Source: an uncultured candidate division Zixibacteria bacterium | Lineage (GTDB): Bacteria; Zixibacteria; MSB-5A5; GN15; FEB-12 | Assembly: GCA_963664195.1 (NCBI GenBank) | Contig: OY760907.1 | Location: 2,144,001-2,208,000 of the forward strand | Length of the DNA stretch: 64,000 bases | Reading direction: 5' to 3' | Shown here: positions 51,326-61,769 of the stretch, one piece after another | How positions within the stretch are numbered: the first letter of the stretch is position 1 | Layout: the number at the start of each line of letters is the position of its first letter | Translations under genes and position numbers: made by a program | The notes under the pieces: model-generated | Seen by the model: the letters and a program-made list of their open reading frames with translations, nothing else | Told to the model about the DNA's origin: nothing | The model's database searches: none

Positions 51326-51693
51326 TTAGAGGTTTGAATACAGAATTGTCCGCACTGGAGCTTGCCCGACTGGCCGGACGAATGGCCCTCGACAAGAAGG
51401 GATTCGACATTCGAATCCTGAAGCTGACCGACATCTCTTCCATTTGCGATTACTTCGTAATCGTTTCGGGAGAGGCCGACGTTCAGGTGAAGGCGATTGC
51501 GAAGGCTATTCGGGGCGGATTGCGAGATGCCGGGTATCGGACCTCTTTTCGCGAGGGACTGGACGACGGTAACTGGGTGTTGTTGGATTACGGATCTGTG
51601 GTGGTCCACGTGTTCCGTGAGCCGACTCGCCAGTTCTACGCGCTCGAGAAGCTATGGGGCGATGCCCCGGTTGAAGAGCTGGCAGACAACTGA
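51322..51693 (+). CDS. rsfS: Ribosome silencing factor (start uncertain)
   Basis: DKKGFDI, DYFVIVSG, WVLLDYG, VHVF, RQFYALEKLW. Confidence 0.95.
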   Translation: MIRGLNTELSALELARLAGRMALDKKGFDIRILKLTDISSICDYFVIVSGEADVQVKAIAKAIRGGLRDAGYRTSFREGLDDGNWVLLDYGSVVVHVFREPTRQFYALEKLWGDAPVEELADN

Positions 51694-51743
51694 TCCGCGA
51701 ATTGCACAACCGCAGACAACGACAATAACAATACAGGTAGCGT

Positions 51744-52991
51744 ATGGAACTCGCAGAACTGAAACAAAAAACGATTGCTGATCTGCTGCAAATAGCAGAA
51801 AAGCTGGACATTCCGGGCGTGTCCGGTCTCCGTAAGTCGGAACTGATTTACAAGATCATGGAAAGCCAGTCCGGGGGCGACGGCGCGATTTTCGCCGAAG
51901 GCGTACTCGAAATCATGGATGAGGGGTACGGTTTCCTGCGGTCTCCCGATTACAACTATTTGCCCGGCCAGGACGATATCTATGTCTCACCATCCCAGAT
52001 CAAACGGTTTGACCTGCGGACCGGTGACACGGTTTCCGGCCAGGTGCGTTCACCCAAGGATAACGAACGGTATTTTGCATTGCTGAAGATCGAGGCGGTC
52101 AATTTCGATGATCCCGAGGTCGCCAAGCACAAGACGCTGTTCGACAATCTGACCCCGTTGTATCCGAATGATCCGTTCATCCTGGAGACGAATCCCGAGG
52201 AGTTGACAACTCGCGTAATCGACCTCATGTGCCCCATTGGCAAGGGACAGCGGGCGCTCATTACGTCGCCTCCCAAGGCCGGTAAGACGATTGTGCTGCA
52301 GAAGATCGCCCAGTCGATCACGGCCAATCATCCCAACGTGAGATTGATGGTGTTGCTTATCGACGAGCGTCCTGAGGAAGTCACGGATATGCGCCGCTCC
52401 GTTACGGGCGAGGTGATTTCGTCCACGTTTGACGAGCCGGCCGAGCGTCATGTGCAGGTAGCTAAAATGGTTCTGGAGAAATCCAAACGGTTGGTGGAAC
52501 ACAAACAGGATGTTGTTATCCTGCTCGATTCAATCACTCGCTTGGCTCGTGCGCATAACGCCGTGGTCCCGCACTCGGGGAAAATCCTTTCCGGTGGTGT
52601 TGACTCAAACGCGCTTCATATGCCGAAGCGGTTCTTTGGTGCCGCGAGAAATATCGAGGAGGGAGGATCACTGACAATCGTTGGTACGGCCCTCATCGAA
52701 ACCGGTTCTCGTATGGACGAAGTGATTTTTGAGGAGTTCAAGGGTACCGGTAACATGGAGCTGGTTCTGGATCGTCGTCTCTCAGACCGTCGTATTTTCC
52801 CGGCCATGGACATCAACCGATCCTCGACTCGTAAGGAAGAGTTGCTGATTCCGGAGGATAACCTCACCAAGATGTGGGTGCTTCGTAAGTTCCTCGCCGA
52901 GATGAATCCGATTGAAGCGATGGAATTCCTTCGCGACCGGATGAGAAAGACGAAGAACAACAAGAAGTTCCTTGCGTCGATGAAAGACTGA
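51744..52991 (+). CDS. rho: Transcription termination factor Rho
   Basis: [42 protein letters not shown]. Confidence 0.99.
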   Translation: MELAELKQKTIADLLQIAEKLDIPGVSGLRKSELIYKIMESQSGGDGAIFAEGVLEIMDEGYGFLRSPDYNYLPGQDDIYVSPSQIKRFDLRTGDTVSGQVRSPKDNERYFALLKIEAVNFDDPEVAKHKTLFDNLTPLYPNDPFILETNPEELTTRVIDLMCPIGKGQRALITSPPKAGKTIVLQKIAQSITANHPNVRLMVLLIDERPEEVTDMRRSVTGEVISSTFDEPAERHVQVAKMVLEKSKRLVEHKQDVVILLDSITRLARAHNAVVPHSGKILSGGVDSNALHMPKRFFGAARNIEEGGSLTIVGTALIETGSRMDEVIFEEFKGTGNMELVLDRRLSDRRIFPAMDINRSSTRKEELLIPEDNLTKMWVLRKFLAEMNPIEAMEFLRDRMRKTKNNKKFLASMKD

Positions 52992-53012
52992 TCGGTCTTT
53001 AGCATAAGACAT

Positions 53013-53052
53013 ACGGCTGTTGTGGTTGAGAAACCACCGCAGCCGTTTTTTT
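53013..53052 (+). terminator. Intrinsic terminator after rho
   Basis: ACGGCTGTTGTGGTT-gaga-AACCACCGCAGCCGT plus T-run. Confidence 0.85.
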
Positions 53053-53117
53053 GTGCTGATGTCTCCGTCTTTCGCTGCGATCGGCAGGTCTCCGGGGGTT
53101 GTCCCGGAAGGTGCAAG

Positions 53118-53325
53118 GTGTGGATAGACAAGGGCGTCTGCCGTCCACAGGAATCTCCCCTTGTATGGGCGGTAAGGCGACCTCGCCTGACCGCTTCTGA
53201 CGTGGTTGCGGCGGCTTGCGATCTGTCTGCTTTTGTAGCCTGGATTGGAAGCGCAGGTCCGAAGAAAGATCTGCGATACGAAGTCTGAAGACAGCCGTTT
53301 GTGGCGTTGATCTGCGCTACGAAGC
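53118..53325. repeat. Cluster of degenerate REP-like elements
   Basis: Shares TCTCCCCTTGTATG, CGCAGGTC.GAAGA.AG...TACGAA.TCTGAAGAC and (inverted) TGTGG.CGGCAGACGC with 43438-43842. Confidence 0.7.
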
Positions 53326-53453
53326 CATGCTCCTGAGACTGTTTTTATTTGATGTTACCATGCCCCGGCTTGTACACTGTACAGAGGTGTGTCTTCTTCG
53401 AGAGATGCTCCGGGTACGAGCAACTGTTGTACACGAAAGCCCGCACACAGGTT

Positions 53454-54122
53454 ATGTCGATGAAAGAGCCCGTAGTAGAGTTAGACCAGGTGCAATTGAA
53501 GGCCGATCGCGGGGGCTATGTCTTCCGTGATCTGAACCTGACTATCGAGAGCGGTGAATCGGTGATCATTTCAGGTCCTTCTGGTTCGGGGAAGACCATG
53601 CTGGCTCAAATGCTGGTCGGGTTGAGGTTCGCCAGTGCCGGGACAGTCAAGTTGTTCGGCCATGAGATCAGGCCTCGCAGGAAACGGCTGATTCGTAAGA
53701 CACGCCGGATGATTGGCGGAGTCGGTGGATCGTTTGGTTTGCTGCCGCTGTACACGGTTGCAGACAACATCACGTTGCCGCTGGTGATCGGTGCGGAACG
53801 GAAGAAATTACAGAAGGAACGACTGGTACGCGTCCTCTCTGAGTTCTCGCTGCTTAAACTGGCCAATAAGTATCCCCGTCATCTGACGCGAGTGGAAGAC
53901 TACCTGGCGCAGTTTGCCCGGGCAGCGGTCGCCAACCAGCCACTCATACTGATTGACGAGCCTCTCGCGGGTTTGGACAAGAAGAACTACGAGAGGATAT
54001 CCAACTTTCTCGTCAAAGTGGCGTTGTCCGGTAGATCGATGCTTATTCTGGTCTCCGAACCGCCTAACAGGACTATTCCTAACAGCCGATTGCTCAGGTT
54101 CACGAACGGGGGGGTGGAGTGA
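53454..54122 (+). CDS. ftsE: FtsE-like ABC ATPase with degenerate motifs
   Basis: GPSGSGKT and LIDEP present; overlaps the ftsX start; signature, Q-loop and H-loop altered. Confidence 0.75.
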   Translation: MSMKEPVVELDQVQLKADRGGYVFRDLNLTIESGESVIISGPSGSGKTMLAQMLVGLRFASAGTVKLFGHEIRPRRKRLIRKTRRMIGGVGGSFGLLPLYTVADNITLPLVIGAERKKLQKERLVRVLSEFSLLKLANKYPRHLTRVEDYLAQFARAAVANQPLILIDEPLAGLDKKNYERISNFLVKVALSGRSMLILVSEPPNRTIPNSRLLRFTNGGVE

Positions 54123-54979
54123 CTCGCATCGCCCATATTCTTCGCGAACTGGGACGCAATATCTACCGCAATCCCGGTACGGCTGTAGCCTCTATACTGT
54201 CGCTTACATTGCTGTTTCTGCTGTTTGATCTTTTCTGGATTGCGGCCGGGACCTCGGATCGGTTCTATCAGGACCTGTTGTCTGATCTTCGGGTAGAGGT
54301 GTTTCTGGAGGAATCGGTTGCGGATTCGAACATTGTACCGATCACGGGCGAGCTCTCTGCCATTGAGGGAGTGCTGGAAGCTACTTACATCTCGCGTGAC
54401 AAGGCTCGCGAACGGCTGACAAGTCTGGTCGGCACGGATCTACTGGTTGGCTACGATGAGAGCAACCCGTTGCCGAGATCGTTCGTGCTGCGGATTGATA
54501 CTGACTATCTTAACAGTGAGAAGCTGGATGCTATCGAGTCTGAGTTGCGGTCAATCGGCGTGGCCTCTGAGATATCTTACAGCCGCCGATGGCTGACCAA
54601 GGCTGAAGGGGCGCGCTCGCTGATTCTTGAGATTGGGCTGATATTGGGGGCGCTTATTCTTGCGACGGCACTGGTGAGTTCAGCCAATAACATTCGTCTG
54701 ATGACCAAGGCCCGGGCGACCGGGTTTCGGCAGATGCTGCTACTCGGCGCGGGACGTCTGTTCATTTCGTTTCCGTTTGCCGCTGAAGGGTTTCTGATAA
54801 GTGGGTTGTCGGCGGCCTTCGGTTGGCTGATAATCATGTACGGGCGGGAACGGATTCAATTCAGCCAGTTTGATATCGTGTATCCGACATTGGAAGAGAT
54901 CGTCGTGTTCTGTGGAATTGCCGCCGTGCTCGGCGCAACAAGTGGGTTCTTTGGTGTCAGTCGCCAACTGAAGGATTGA
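54119..54979 (+). CDS. ftsX: Cell division permease-like protein FtsX
   Basis: Four-TM layout, YISRDKA, NPLPRSF, NNIRL, LLGA, PFAAEG. Confidence 0.88.
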   Translation: MTRIAHILRELGRNIYRNPGTAVASILSLTLLFLLFDLFWIAAGTSDRFYQDLLSDLRVEVFLEESVADSNIVPITGELSAIEGVLEATYISRDKARERLTSLVGTDLLVGYDESNPLPRSFVLRIDTDYLNSEKLDAIESELRSIGVASEISYSRRWLTKAEGARSLILEIGLILGALILATALVSSANNIRLMTKARATGFRQMLLLGAGRLFISFPFAAEGFLISGLSAAFGWLIIMYGRERIQFSQFDIVYPTLEEIVVFCGIAAVLGATSGFFGVSRQLKD

Positions 54980-54980
54980 T

Positions 54981-56147
54981 ATGCGGTATTGCGCGATCAC
55001 AATCCTGGTAATGCTATTGGTTGGGCTGGTTTCCCAGACTCAGGCGGAAGACAAGGACAAGATACTCAATCAGAAGAGTGAGCTGGAGCGCCTTCAGCAG
55101 GACGTTGCCGAGGGCCAACGCCGTCTCGACTCACTGCAATCCGCTCAGCGCGATGTGCAGGGCAAGATCAGCGAGTACGATCAGAAGATAAGCTCTGATC
55201 GACAGGTGATACGACGTCTGAATAGTCAGTTGGACAAAGTGAAAAGAGACATTGCCGTGGGCGACTCGGTCCTGACCCACCGTCGACACTTGTACGACCG
55301 TCGACATCGCCGCTATCTGGGAAATATCCGCCACTTCTATATGGCCGCGCAAAGCCCGGACAGGGCAATCGCTGCTGATCCGAACGACGAACTCGACCTT
55401 CAGCGCCAGGTCGTTTATCTCACTGCCCTCTCCGGCTACGAGTCTGCCGGCATCGCCGATGCCTCAGAGCTTTTGGATGAGTCGCTGACCGAACTCGACG
55501 AAATGAGCGGCCGTCGCAAGATGATAAGGGGACTCAAAAAAGAACGCGAGACGAGTTTCTCGCTCGACAAGTCCCAGAAGGAACGTCAGGAAAAGAGCCT
55601 CGAGCAGTTGCGTCGCAAGAGCATGGTCGAGGCGGATCGCGTTTTGATGCTCAAACAGGCGGCGGAGGAAATGGCTGCTATTATCGCCCGCCTGGAGGAA
55701 CAGAGAACGAGGGATGACCTGGAAGGCACGCCGATCATCGGAGAGTCAGTCTTTGCGGGCATGAAAGGGCACCTGACCTCGCCCTACCGGGGAAAAGTGA
55801 TCGAAGGATTTGGTCATCACGTAGATGACGTGACCAATTTGAAATCGTTTGCGCCGGGTATTACGATCCAGGGGAAGGCCGGTCGGTCGGTGTACGCCGT
55901 GGCTTCGGGCAAAGTTGCCTACGCGGGGAGTTTGCGCGGCTACGGGAATTTCGTTATTATCAATCATGATCGACAATACTACACGACCTATGCCGGTTTC
56001 GGAGAAATCCTTGTATCGGAGAATCAGTTTTTGCAGGCGAGAGACAAGCTGGGAACCTCAGCAGCCGACGGTATTATCAAGTTCGAAATTCGCAAGGGAC
56101 GCGAGCCGCTTGACCCGGTGACGTGGATTGCCATTGAATCACTTTGA
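54981..56147 (+). CDS. envC: Murein hydrolase activator EnvC family
   Basis: Signal peptide, long coiled coil, M23 domain lacking zinc ligands (GYGNFVIINH, FEIRKG...DP). Confidence 0.85.
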   Translation: MRYCAITILVMLLVGLVSQTQAEDKDKILNQKSELERLQQDVAEGQRRLDSLQSAQRDVQGKISEYDQKISSDRQVIRRLNSQLDKVKRDIAVGDSVLTHRRHLYDRRHRRYLGNIRHFYMAAQSPDRAIAADPNDELDLQRQVVYLTALSGYESAGIADASELLDESLTELDEMSGRRKMIRGLKKERETSFSLDKSQKERQEKSLEQLRRKSMVEADRVLMLKQAAEEMAAIIARLEEQRTRDDLEGTPIIGESVFAGMKGHLTSPYRGKVIEGFGHHVDDVTNLKSFAPGITIQGKAGRSVYAVASGKVAYAGSLRGYGNFVIINHDRQYYTTYAGFGEILVSENQFLQARDKLGTSAADGIIKFEIRKGREPLDPVTWIAIESL

Positions 56148-57285
56148 TGTAACCAGAGCACAGCGCAAGGCCTGGTCGGTTTTGGCCCGGTCGCACTCAT
56201 CGCGGCGGGTGGCCTCGACATATCTGTTCTATGGTCGCGAGGGCGTAGGGTCCTGGGCGCTGGCAATTGAATTCGCGGCCCTCCTGAATTGCCAGAACCC
56301 GCTTGTTGACTCAGAAGATGAAGCTGTGTGCTATCCGTGCGGGGACTGTCAGCCGTGTCGCTCGATACGGGCGTTGAATTACGAGGGGTTGCAGTTTGTG
56401 GTCCCGATTGCGACGCACAAGAACTCCGGCGAGGCAATTGATCTCACGAACGAAGTACTCGACATAAAACGAAACGAGCCGTTTGCGTTCCACGAAAGCA
56501 GCAAGCAGACCCAGATTCCAATCGCCCGCGCTCGCGAGATCAAGAAGAGCCTGGCGACCAAAGCGATCCCCGGCATGACGCGAATTGTTTTGTTCTACCA
56601 GATGGAGAAGATGCGGGCTTCCTCGGCCGATGCCCTCCTGAAGCTGATCGAGGAACCGCCGCCGAATACGGTCATTATCCTGACTTCGAAACGCCCCGAG
56701 GGCCTGTTGCCGACCATTCAGTCTCGGGCACAGAAGATTCGGTTGGAACGCCTCCCGGAGGCGGCGGTCGTGGACTATCTGCAGAGTCGTTACGAGATGT
56801 CGGAAGACCGGGCGAAGCTCGTTTGTCGAATCAGCGACGGTGTTCTCGGCAAGGCTCTTCGGCTGGATGCCTCCAACGATTCTGACGATGCCGAGCGTCG
56901 AGCAGGCGGATTGGCTCTGTTTAGTGCCTTGTTCCATGAATCCGGACCGGATATGGTGGCGCAAATGAATGAACTCATTAACTACCGGAACCGTGCTGAG
57001 GTGGAGGAATTACTTCGGCTCTGGCAGGCCCTGATACGGGATTGTGCCCGGTATGCTATTACCTCAGAAGAAGATGACTTGATCAATATCGACTTCGGGA
57101 ATGAGATAAGACAAATGGCTGGGGCGTTTTCGTCGACCGGGCTGGCCGGGCGAATGGTCTCCCATATCAAGAATACGCTTGCCGATTTCCCCCGCAATGT
57201 GCATATTCAGCCTGCTTTAGTGGCTCTGGCACTTAAACTTAAGACGGAGATTTCGTCAGCCGGGGCGACCTCAGGAGGTTATTAG
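56128..57285 (+). CDS. holB: DNA polymerase III subunit delta'
   Basis: YLFYGREGVG, zinc module C...PCGDCQPC, ALLKLIEEPP, LLPTIQSR. Confidence 0.88.
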   Translation: MPLNHFDVTRAQRKAWSVLARSHSSRRVASTYLFYGREGVGSWALAIEFAALLNCQNPLVDSEDEAVCYPCGDCQPCRSIRALNYEGLQFVVPIATHKNSGEAIDLTNEVLDIKRNEPFAFHESSKQTQIPIARAREIKKSLATKAIPGMTRIVLFYQMEKMRASSADALLKLIEEPPPNTVIILTSKRPEGLLPTIQSRAQKIRLERLPEAAVVDYLQSRYEMSEDRAKLVCRISDGVLGKALRLDASNDSDDAERRAGGLALFSALFHESGPDMVAQMNELINYRNRAEVEELLRLWQALIRDCARYAITSEEDDLINIDFGNEIRQMAGAFSSTGLAGRMVSHIKNTLADFPRNVHIQPALVALALKLKTEISSAGATSGGY

Positions 57286-58190
57286 TGGCCGAGCTATATA
57301 CGGTTGAGTTCAAAGGCTCCCGCAGGGAGTTTTTCTATAATACGTACTACCATTCCCTAGAACCGGGCGTACAGGTTATCGTGCAGGTTGACCAGGGGGA
57401 AGATATCGGCCTGCTTAAGAATCTGGTCGAGGCGGAGATGGAGTTTGCCGACAGCGCGCGTCCGAAGTCGATTCTCAGACTGGCCAACGACGAGGATATC
57501 GAGCGATACCAAACGCTCACAGCCAACGAGACTGAGTACAAGTCGGAAGTAGTCGGGCTGGTACGTAAGCACGGGTTGACGATGAAGATTGTCGATGTCG
57601 AGTGTCAGTTCGACGGCGGCAAAATCACGTTCTATTTTACGGCTGACCATCGGGTCGATTTCCGTGCTCTTGTCAGGGACCTGGCGTCTCGCTACCGGAC
57701 CCGGATCGAGTTGCGCCAAATTGGGGTGCGTGATGAAGCGCGACGGATCGACGGCTACGGGATCTGCGGTTTCCGTCAGTGCTGCAACGGACCGATCCGG
57801 GATTTTGCTCCAATTTCGACTCATCACGCACGGGAGCAGGAGCTCTCGTTGAACCCCTCGAAGATATCCGGCAATTGCGGACGATTGCTCTGCTGTCTTC
57901 GCTACGAAGTTGATCTCTATCGCGAGGTGAAAAAGAAATTCCCCTCGGTCGGGACCAGAGTCAAGACGACTCAAGGTGTGGGCACTATCAGTAGGATCGA
58001 TGTTTTCCGCGAGGAAGCCCTTCTATTCAACGAGGAAGACGTCCTTTGCCGTGTGAAGTCAGAGGAAATAGAAGAGCGCCTCAATGATGACCGCGGACGG
58101 CGGAAATATCCCAGAAACGAGCCCCGGCCCAGCCGTGAAGAGCAGGAAGAACTCAAGAAACTAGATAACGGCAACGGTGACTCGAAGTAA
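57285..58190 (+). CDS. ricT: PSP1/RicT (YaaT) family protein
   Basis: FYFTADHRVDFR, RIELRQIGVRDEAR, CGFRQCC, CGRLLCCLRYE. Confidence 0.9.
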   Translation: MAELYTVEFKGSRREFFYNTYYHSLEPGVQVIVQVDQGEDIGLLKNLVEAEMEFADSARPKSILRLANDEDIERYQTLTANETEYKSEVVGLVRKHGLTMKIVDVECQFDGGKITFYFTADHRVDFRALVRDLASRYRTRIELRQIGVRDEARRIDGYGICGFRQCCNGPIRDFAPISTHHAREQELSLNPSKISGNCGRLLCCLRYEVDLYREVKKKFPSVGTRVKTTQGVGTISRIDVFREEALLFNEEDVLCRVKSEEIEERLNDDRGRRKYPRNEPRPSREEQEELKKLDNGNGDSK

Positions 58191-58214
58191 GAGCGCCGTC
58201 CCCGGAGAAGACTC

Positions 58215-60128
58215 ATGGCTAAACCGATCTATATAACCACGCCTATATACTACGTCAACGATGTCCCCCATATCGGACATGCCTACACGACTATTGCTGC
58301 CGACTATCTGGCCCGATTCTACAAGCTTGCCGGACGTGAGGCGTACTTCCTGACCGGGACAGACGAGCACGGTACGAAGGTTGCCCAGACCGCCGAATCA
58401 AAGGGCATCTCGCCGCAGGAGTTCTGCGATGGCGTGGTAGCCCAGTACAAGACCGCGTGGAAGAATCTCAACGTCAAGAATGATGACTTTATTCGTACGA
58501 CCTCGGACCGGCACACCAGGGGAGTGATCAAAATCCTTGAAGAACTGCGCAGGGCTAAGACCGACGACGGTCAGGATGTGGTGTACTCGGACTATTACGA
58601 GGGGCTGTACTGTGTCGGCTGCGAGAAGTACATCGCTGAAAAGGAGTTGGTCGACGGGCTTTGTCCCGACCACAAGACCGAGCCGCAGAAGGTTCAGGAG
58701 AGGAATTACTTCTTCCGCCTGACGTCGTACATAGACAAGATCAGGGAGAAGATCGAATCGGATGAGTTGCAGATTCGCCCGGATGAACGCCGCCGCGAAG
58801 TACTCGGCCTGATCGAACAGGGACTGCCTGACTTCTCGCTGTCACGTGAGCGCGTTGAGTGGGGGATTGATCTGCCGTTCGATGAAACCCAGGTTGCCTA
58901 TGTTTGGGTGGATGCACTGTCGAACTACATCACGGCCATCGGGTACGCGGATGATACGAAAGACTTCACTAAGTGGTGGAAGCAATCCGAGATAGTTCAC
59001 CTGATGGCCAAGGACATCCTGAAATTCCATTGCCTGTGGTGGCCGGCTATGCTGATGGCCGCCGGATTGCCGCTGCCGAAGACTCTCTATCTGCACGGCT
59101 TTTTCACGGTTGACGGGGTGAAAATGTCTAAGTCGCTGGGCAACCAGATTTTCCCGAACGACATGGTAGAAGAGTTCGGCCCGTGCGGGACACGGTATCT
59201 GCTGTTGACCCAGTACCCGTTCGGAACCGATGGGAACATTCAGGCCAAGCGATTTGTGCAGCAGTACAATTCGGATCTCGCTAATGATCTCGGTAATCTG
59301 GTCTCTCGCGTGGGCAAGATGGTCACGGTCAACTGCGACGGGAAAATCCCGCAACCGTATGCCGATATCGAAGGTTTGTCGGAGTTGGTGGAACGAACCG
59401 AGAAGCTCGTCGATGTGGTTAGCGATCATGTCAAGAACCTTCGTTTGACCCATGCCATTAACGAGACGATGGCGCTGGTCAAGGCGACCAATAAGTTCTT
59501 TGCCGATACGGAACCGTGGGTCCGGGCCAAACAGGGCGAGACTGAAAAACTCGACGGCATTCTTAACGCCTGCTGCGAGGTTATCAGAGTTGTCTCGGTT
59601 CTACTGTACCCGATCATGCCGCAGAAGATGGAAGAAATCCGCGGTCTGTTTGGTTTGAATGCTGACAGTCTTAATCTCGAGGCGGCCCGGAGTTTTGCCG
59701 GACTGAAACCGGGCAGCGAGTTCAAAGTGGAGGATGCCGTCTTTCCGCGTCTCGATACAAAGAAAAAGGCCAAGAAGACGGAACCTGCCAAAGCCGATGA
59801 AGACAATCTGATCGACATAGCCGATTTCGGCAGAGTTCAGTTGCGGGTCGCCCAGGTGCTTGAGGCGGAACGTGTCGAGGGGGCTGACAAACTGCTTAAG
59901 CTCCAGATCGATCTCGGCACCGAGAAACGGCAGATAGTAGCCGGTATTGCCCAGCACTATGCGCCAGAAGAGATCACCGGCAAAAAAGTAGTCGTGGTGG
60001 CCAACCTGAAACCGGCGGTGATTCGCGGCGTGGAATCGCGTGGAATGCTTCTGGCGGCCAAGAAGAAGAAAAAGCTCTTCGTGGTGACACCGGACGGTGA
60101 CCTTCCGCCAGGTTCAACTATCAGCTAA
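58215..60128 (+). CDS. metG: Methionine--tRNA ligase with C-terminal tRNA-binding domain
   Basis: HIGH, GTDEHG, KMSKS, RQIVAGI, ESRGMLLA. Confidence 0.98.
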   Translation: MAKPIYITTPIYYVNDVPHIGHAYTTIAADYLARFYKLAGREAYFLTGTDEHGTKVAQTAESKGISPQEFCDGVVAQYKTAWKNLNVKNDDFIRTTSDRHTRGVIKILEELRRAKTDDGQDVVYSDYYEGLYCVGCEKYIAEKELVDGLCPDHKTEPQKVQERNYFFRLTSYIDKIREKIESDELQIRPDERRREVLGLIEQGLPDFSLSRERVEWGIDLPFDETQVAYVWVDALSNYITAIGYADDTKDFTKWWKQSEIVHLMAKDILKFHCLWWPAMLMAAGLPLPKTLYLHGFFTVDGVKMSKSLGNQIFPNDMVEEFGPCGTRYLLLTQYPFGTDGNIQAKRFVQQYNSDLANDLGNLVSRVGKMVTVNCDGKIPQPYADIEGLSELVERTEKLVDVVSDHVKNLRLTHAINETMALVKATNKFFADTEPWVRAKQGETEKLDGILNACCEVIRVVSVLLYPIMPQKMEEIRGLFGLNADSLNLEAARSFAGLKPGSEFKVEDAVFPRLDTKKKAKKTEPAKADEDNLIDIADFGRVQLRVAQVLEAERVEGADKLLKLQIDLGTEKRQIVAGIAQHYAPEEITGKKVVVVANLKPAVIRGVESRGMLLAAKKKKKLFVVTPDGDLPPGSTIS

Positions 60129-60904
60129 TGATCGACTCTCACTGCCATCTCGATTTTGATGCTTTTGATGACTGTCGCGAGGCGGCCATCGAGGACGCCC
60201 GTCGTGTCGGCGTCCATACGCTGATCAATATCGGCGCCGACCTGGTATCCTCGGAGCGTTCGGTCAAATTGGCCGAATCCTATGACATGGTTTATGCTAC
60301 GGTGGGTGTGCATCCTCATGATGCTCAGACGCTTGATGAGGCAACCTATCAACACATCAGAGAACTGGCCGGACATAAGAGAGTCGTCGGAATCGGCGAG
60401 ATCGGCCTCGACTACTACCGCGATCTATCTCCTCGACCGATTCAGAAAAAGGCCTTTGCAAGACAATTGGAGTTGGCGGTTGAACTCAACCTGCCGATCG
60501 TGATTCACACCCGCGACTCATTCGAGGATACGTTTGGCATCGTTCGCGATTTTGCGGCAGACTTGCCCGGCGGCGTTTTCCATTGTTTCCCCGGTACGGC
60601 CGATGAGGCCTACCGCGTGATTGATATCGGATTCGTAGTTGCTTTCGGAGGTGTCATCACCTACAAAAACGCTTCTATGGCACGTACTGCCGCCGAAGTT
60701 CCGCTCGACAAGATACTGATCGAGACCGACGCTCCCTACTTGACGCCGGTTCCTCATCGCGGCAAGACAAATCGCCCGGCCTATGTCGCTTTCGTACGCG
60801 ATAAACTGGCCGAACTGCACTCGGTCTCTCCTGCGGAAATCGAGAAAATAACCGATCGCAACTGCCGAAAACTCTTCCGTCTCGTGGAGACGTTCGGAGG
60901 CTAA
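60128..60904 (+). CDS. tatD: TatD family hydrolase
   Basis: DSHCH, GVHPH, GEIGLDY, IHTR, HCF, ETDAPY. Confidence 0.95.
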   Translation: MIDSHCHLDFDAFDDCREAAIEDARRVGVHTLINIGADLVSSERSVKLAESYDMVYATVGVHPHDAQTLDEATYQHIRELAGHKRVVGIGEIGLDYYRDLSPRPIQKKAFARQLELAVELNLPIVIHTRDSFEDTFGIVRDFAADLPGGVFHCFPGTADEAYRVIDIGFVVAFGGVITYKNASMARTAAEVPLDKILIETDAPYLTPVPHRGKTNRPAYVAFVRDKLAELHSVSPAEIEKITDRNCRKLFRLVETFGG

Positions 60905-60908
60905 TCCG

Positions 60909-61709
60909 ATGGCCGGCTATCACGCCAAAAAGCGGCTCGGTCAGAACTTCCTCAAATCGCCCGAAGTCATCCAACGCATAGTCGATGAAGTGGACCCTTC
61001 GCCGGGCAGGCTCGTTATCGAGATCGGTCCCGGCCGCGGCGCGCTGACTCATCCACTCGCCGAGAGCGGAGTTGAATTGCTGGCGGTTGAGTTCGATCGG
61101 GACCTCGTCGGCTATCTTGAAAAGCTCGTCCGCAAGTTCGACAATGCGACAATCCTTCATGCTGACTTCCTGACGTTTGAACCGGATGCAGTGCGCTACC
61201 CCGTATTTACGTTGTTGGGCAACCTCCCGTACAATATCACTTCGCCAGTGATGGACTGGTGCGACCGCTACCATGGGCGAATCGAAAGTGCCGTATTCAT
61301 GGTGCAGGAGGAGCTGGCCCTTCGTCTGGCAGGCTCGCCCGGCAGCAAAAACTGGTCTCCGTTGTCGGTGATGACGCAGATGCTATTCGATGTCGACTTC
61401 CGGTTCCGCGTCTCCGGCAAGGCCTTCAGGCCCCCTCCCAAAGTCACCTCTGCCGTCGTAAGACTCACCCCGCGAGCGACGATACTCGACACGGCCACCG
61501 ATGCCGTACGTCAGGTTGTCAAAGTATCGTTTAAGCAGCGGCGAAAACTTCTCATCAATAATCTGGTACCGGAGGTTATCCCGACGGTTGCTCAGGCATG
61601 CGAGATTCTCAACGATCTTGGTCTTGACCGTAGCTGCCGGGCAGAGCAGGTGACAATAGAGCAGTTTTTAGCTTTGACTAACGGGTTGCTCCGGCTTAAG
61701 CTTGTATAA
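60909..61709 (+). CDS. rsmA: 16S rRNA dimethyladenosine transferase
   Basis: KKRLGQNFL, EIGPGRGALT, GNLPYNI, MVQEE, FRPPPKVTS. Confidence 0.96.
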   Translation: MAGYHAKKRLGQNFLKSPEVIQRIVDEVDPSPGRLVIEIGPGRGALTHPLAESGVELLAVEFDRDLVGYLEKLVRKFDNATILHADFLTFEPDAVRYPVFTLLGNLPYNITSPVMDWCDRYHGRIESAVFMVQEELALRLAGSPGSKNWSPLSVMTQMLFDVDFRFRVSGKAFRPPPKVTSAVVRLTPRATILDTATDAVRQVVKVSFKQRRKLLINNLVPEVIPTVAQACEILNDLGLDRSCRAEQVTIEQFLALTNGLLRLKLV

Positions 61710-61769
61710 GGGCCAGAGACAGTGCCTTTTCATTGACGAAGACGACCGAAACACAGGGGAATTGATATA

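Noticed and set aside
54981..56147. M23 domain lacking zinc ligands
   Set aside because: Expected for EnvC
56128..57285. HolB Walker A lacking Lys
   Set aside because: Delta' is normally ATPase-inactive
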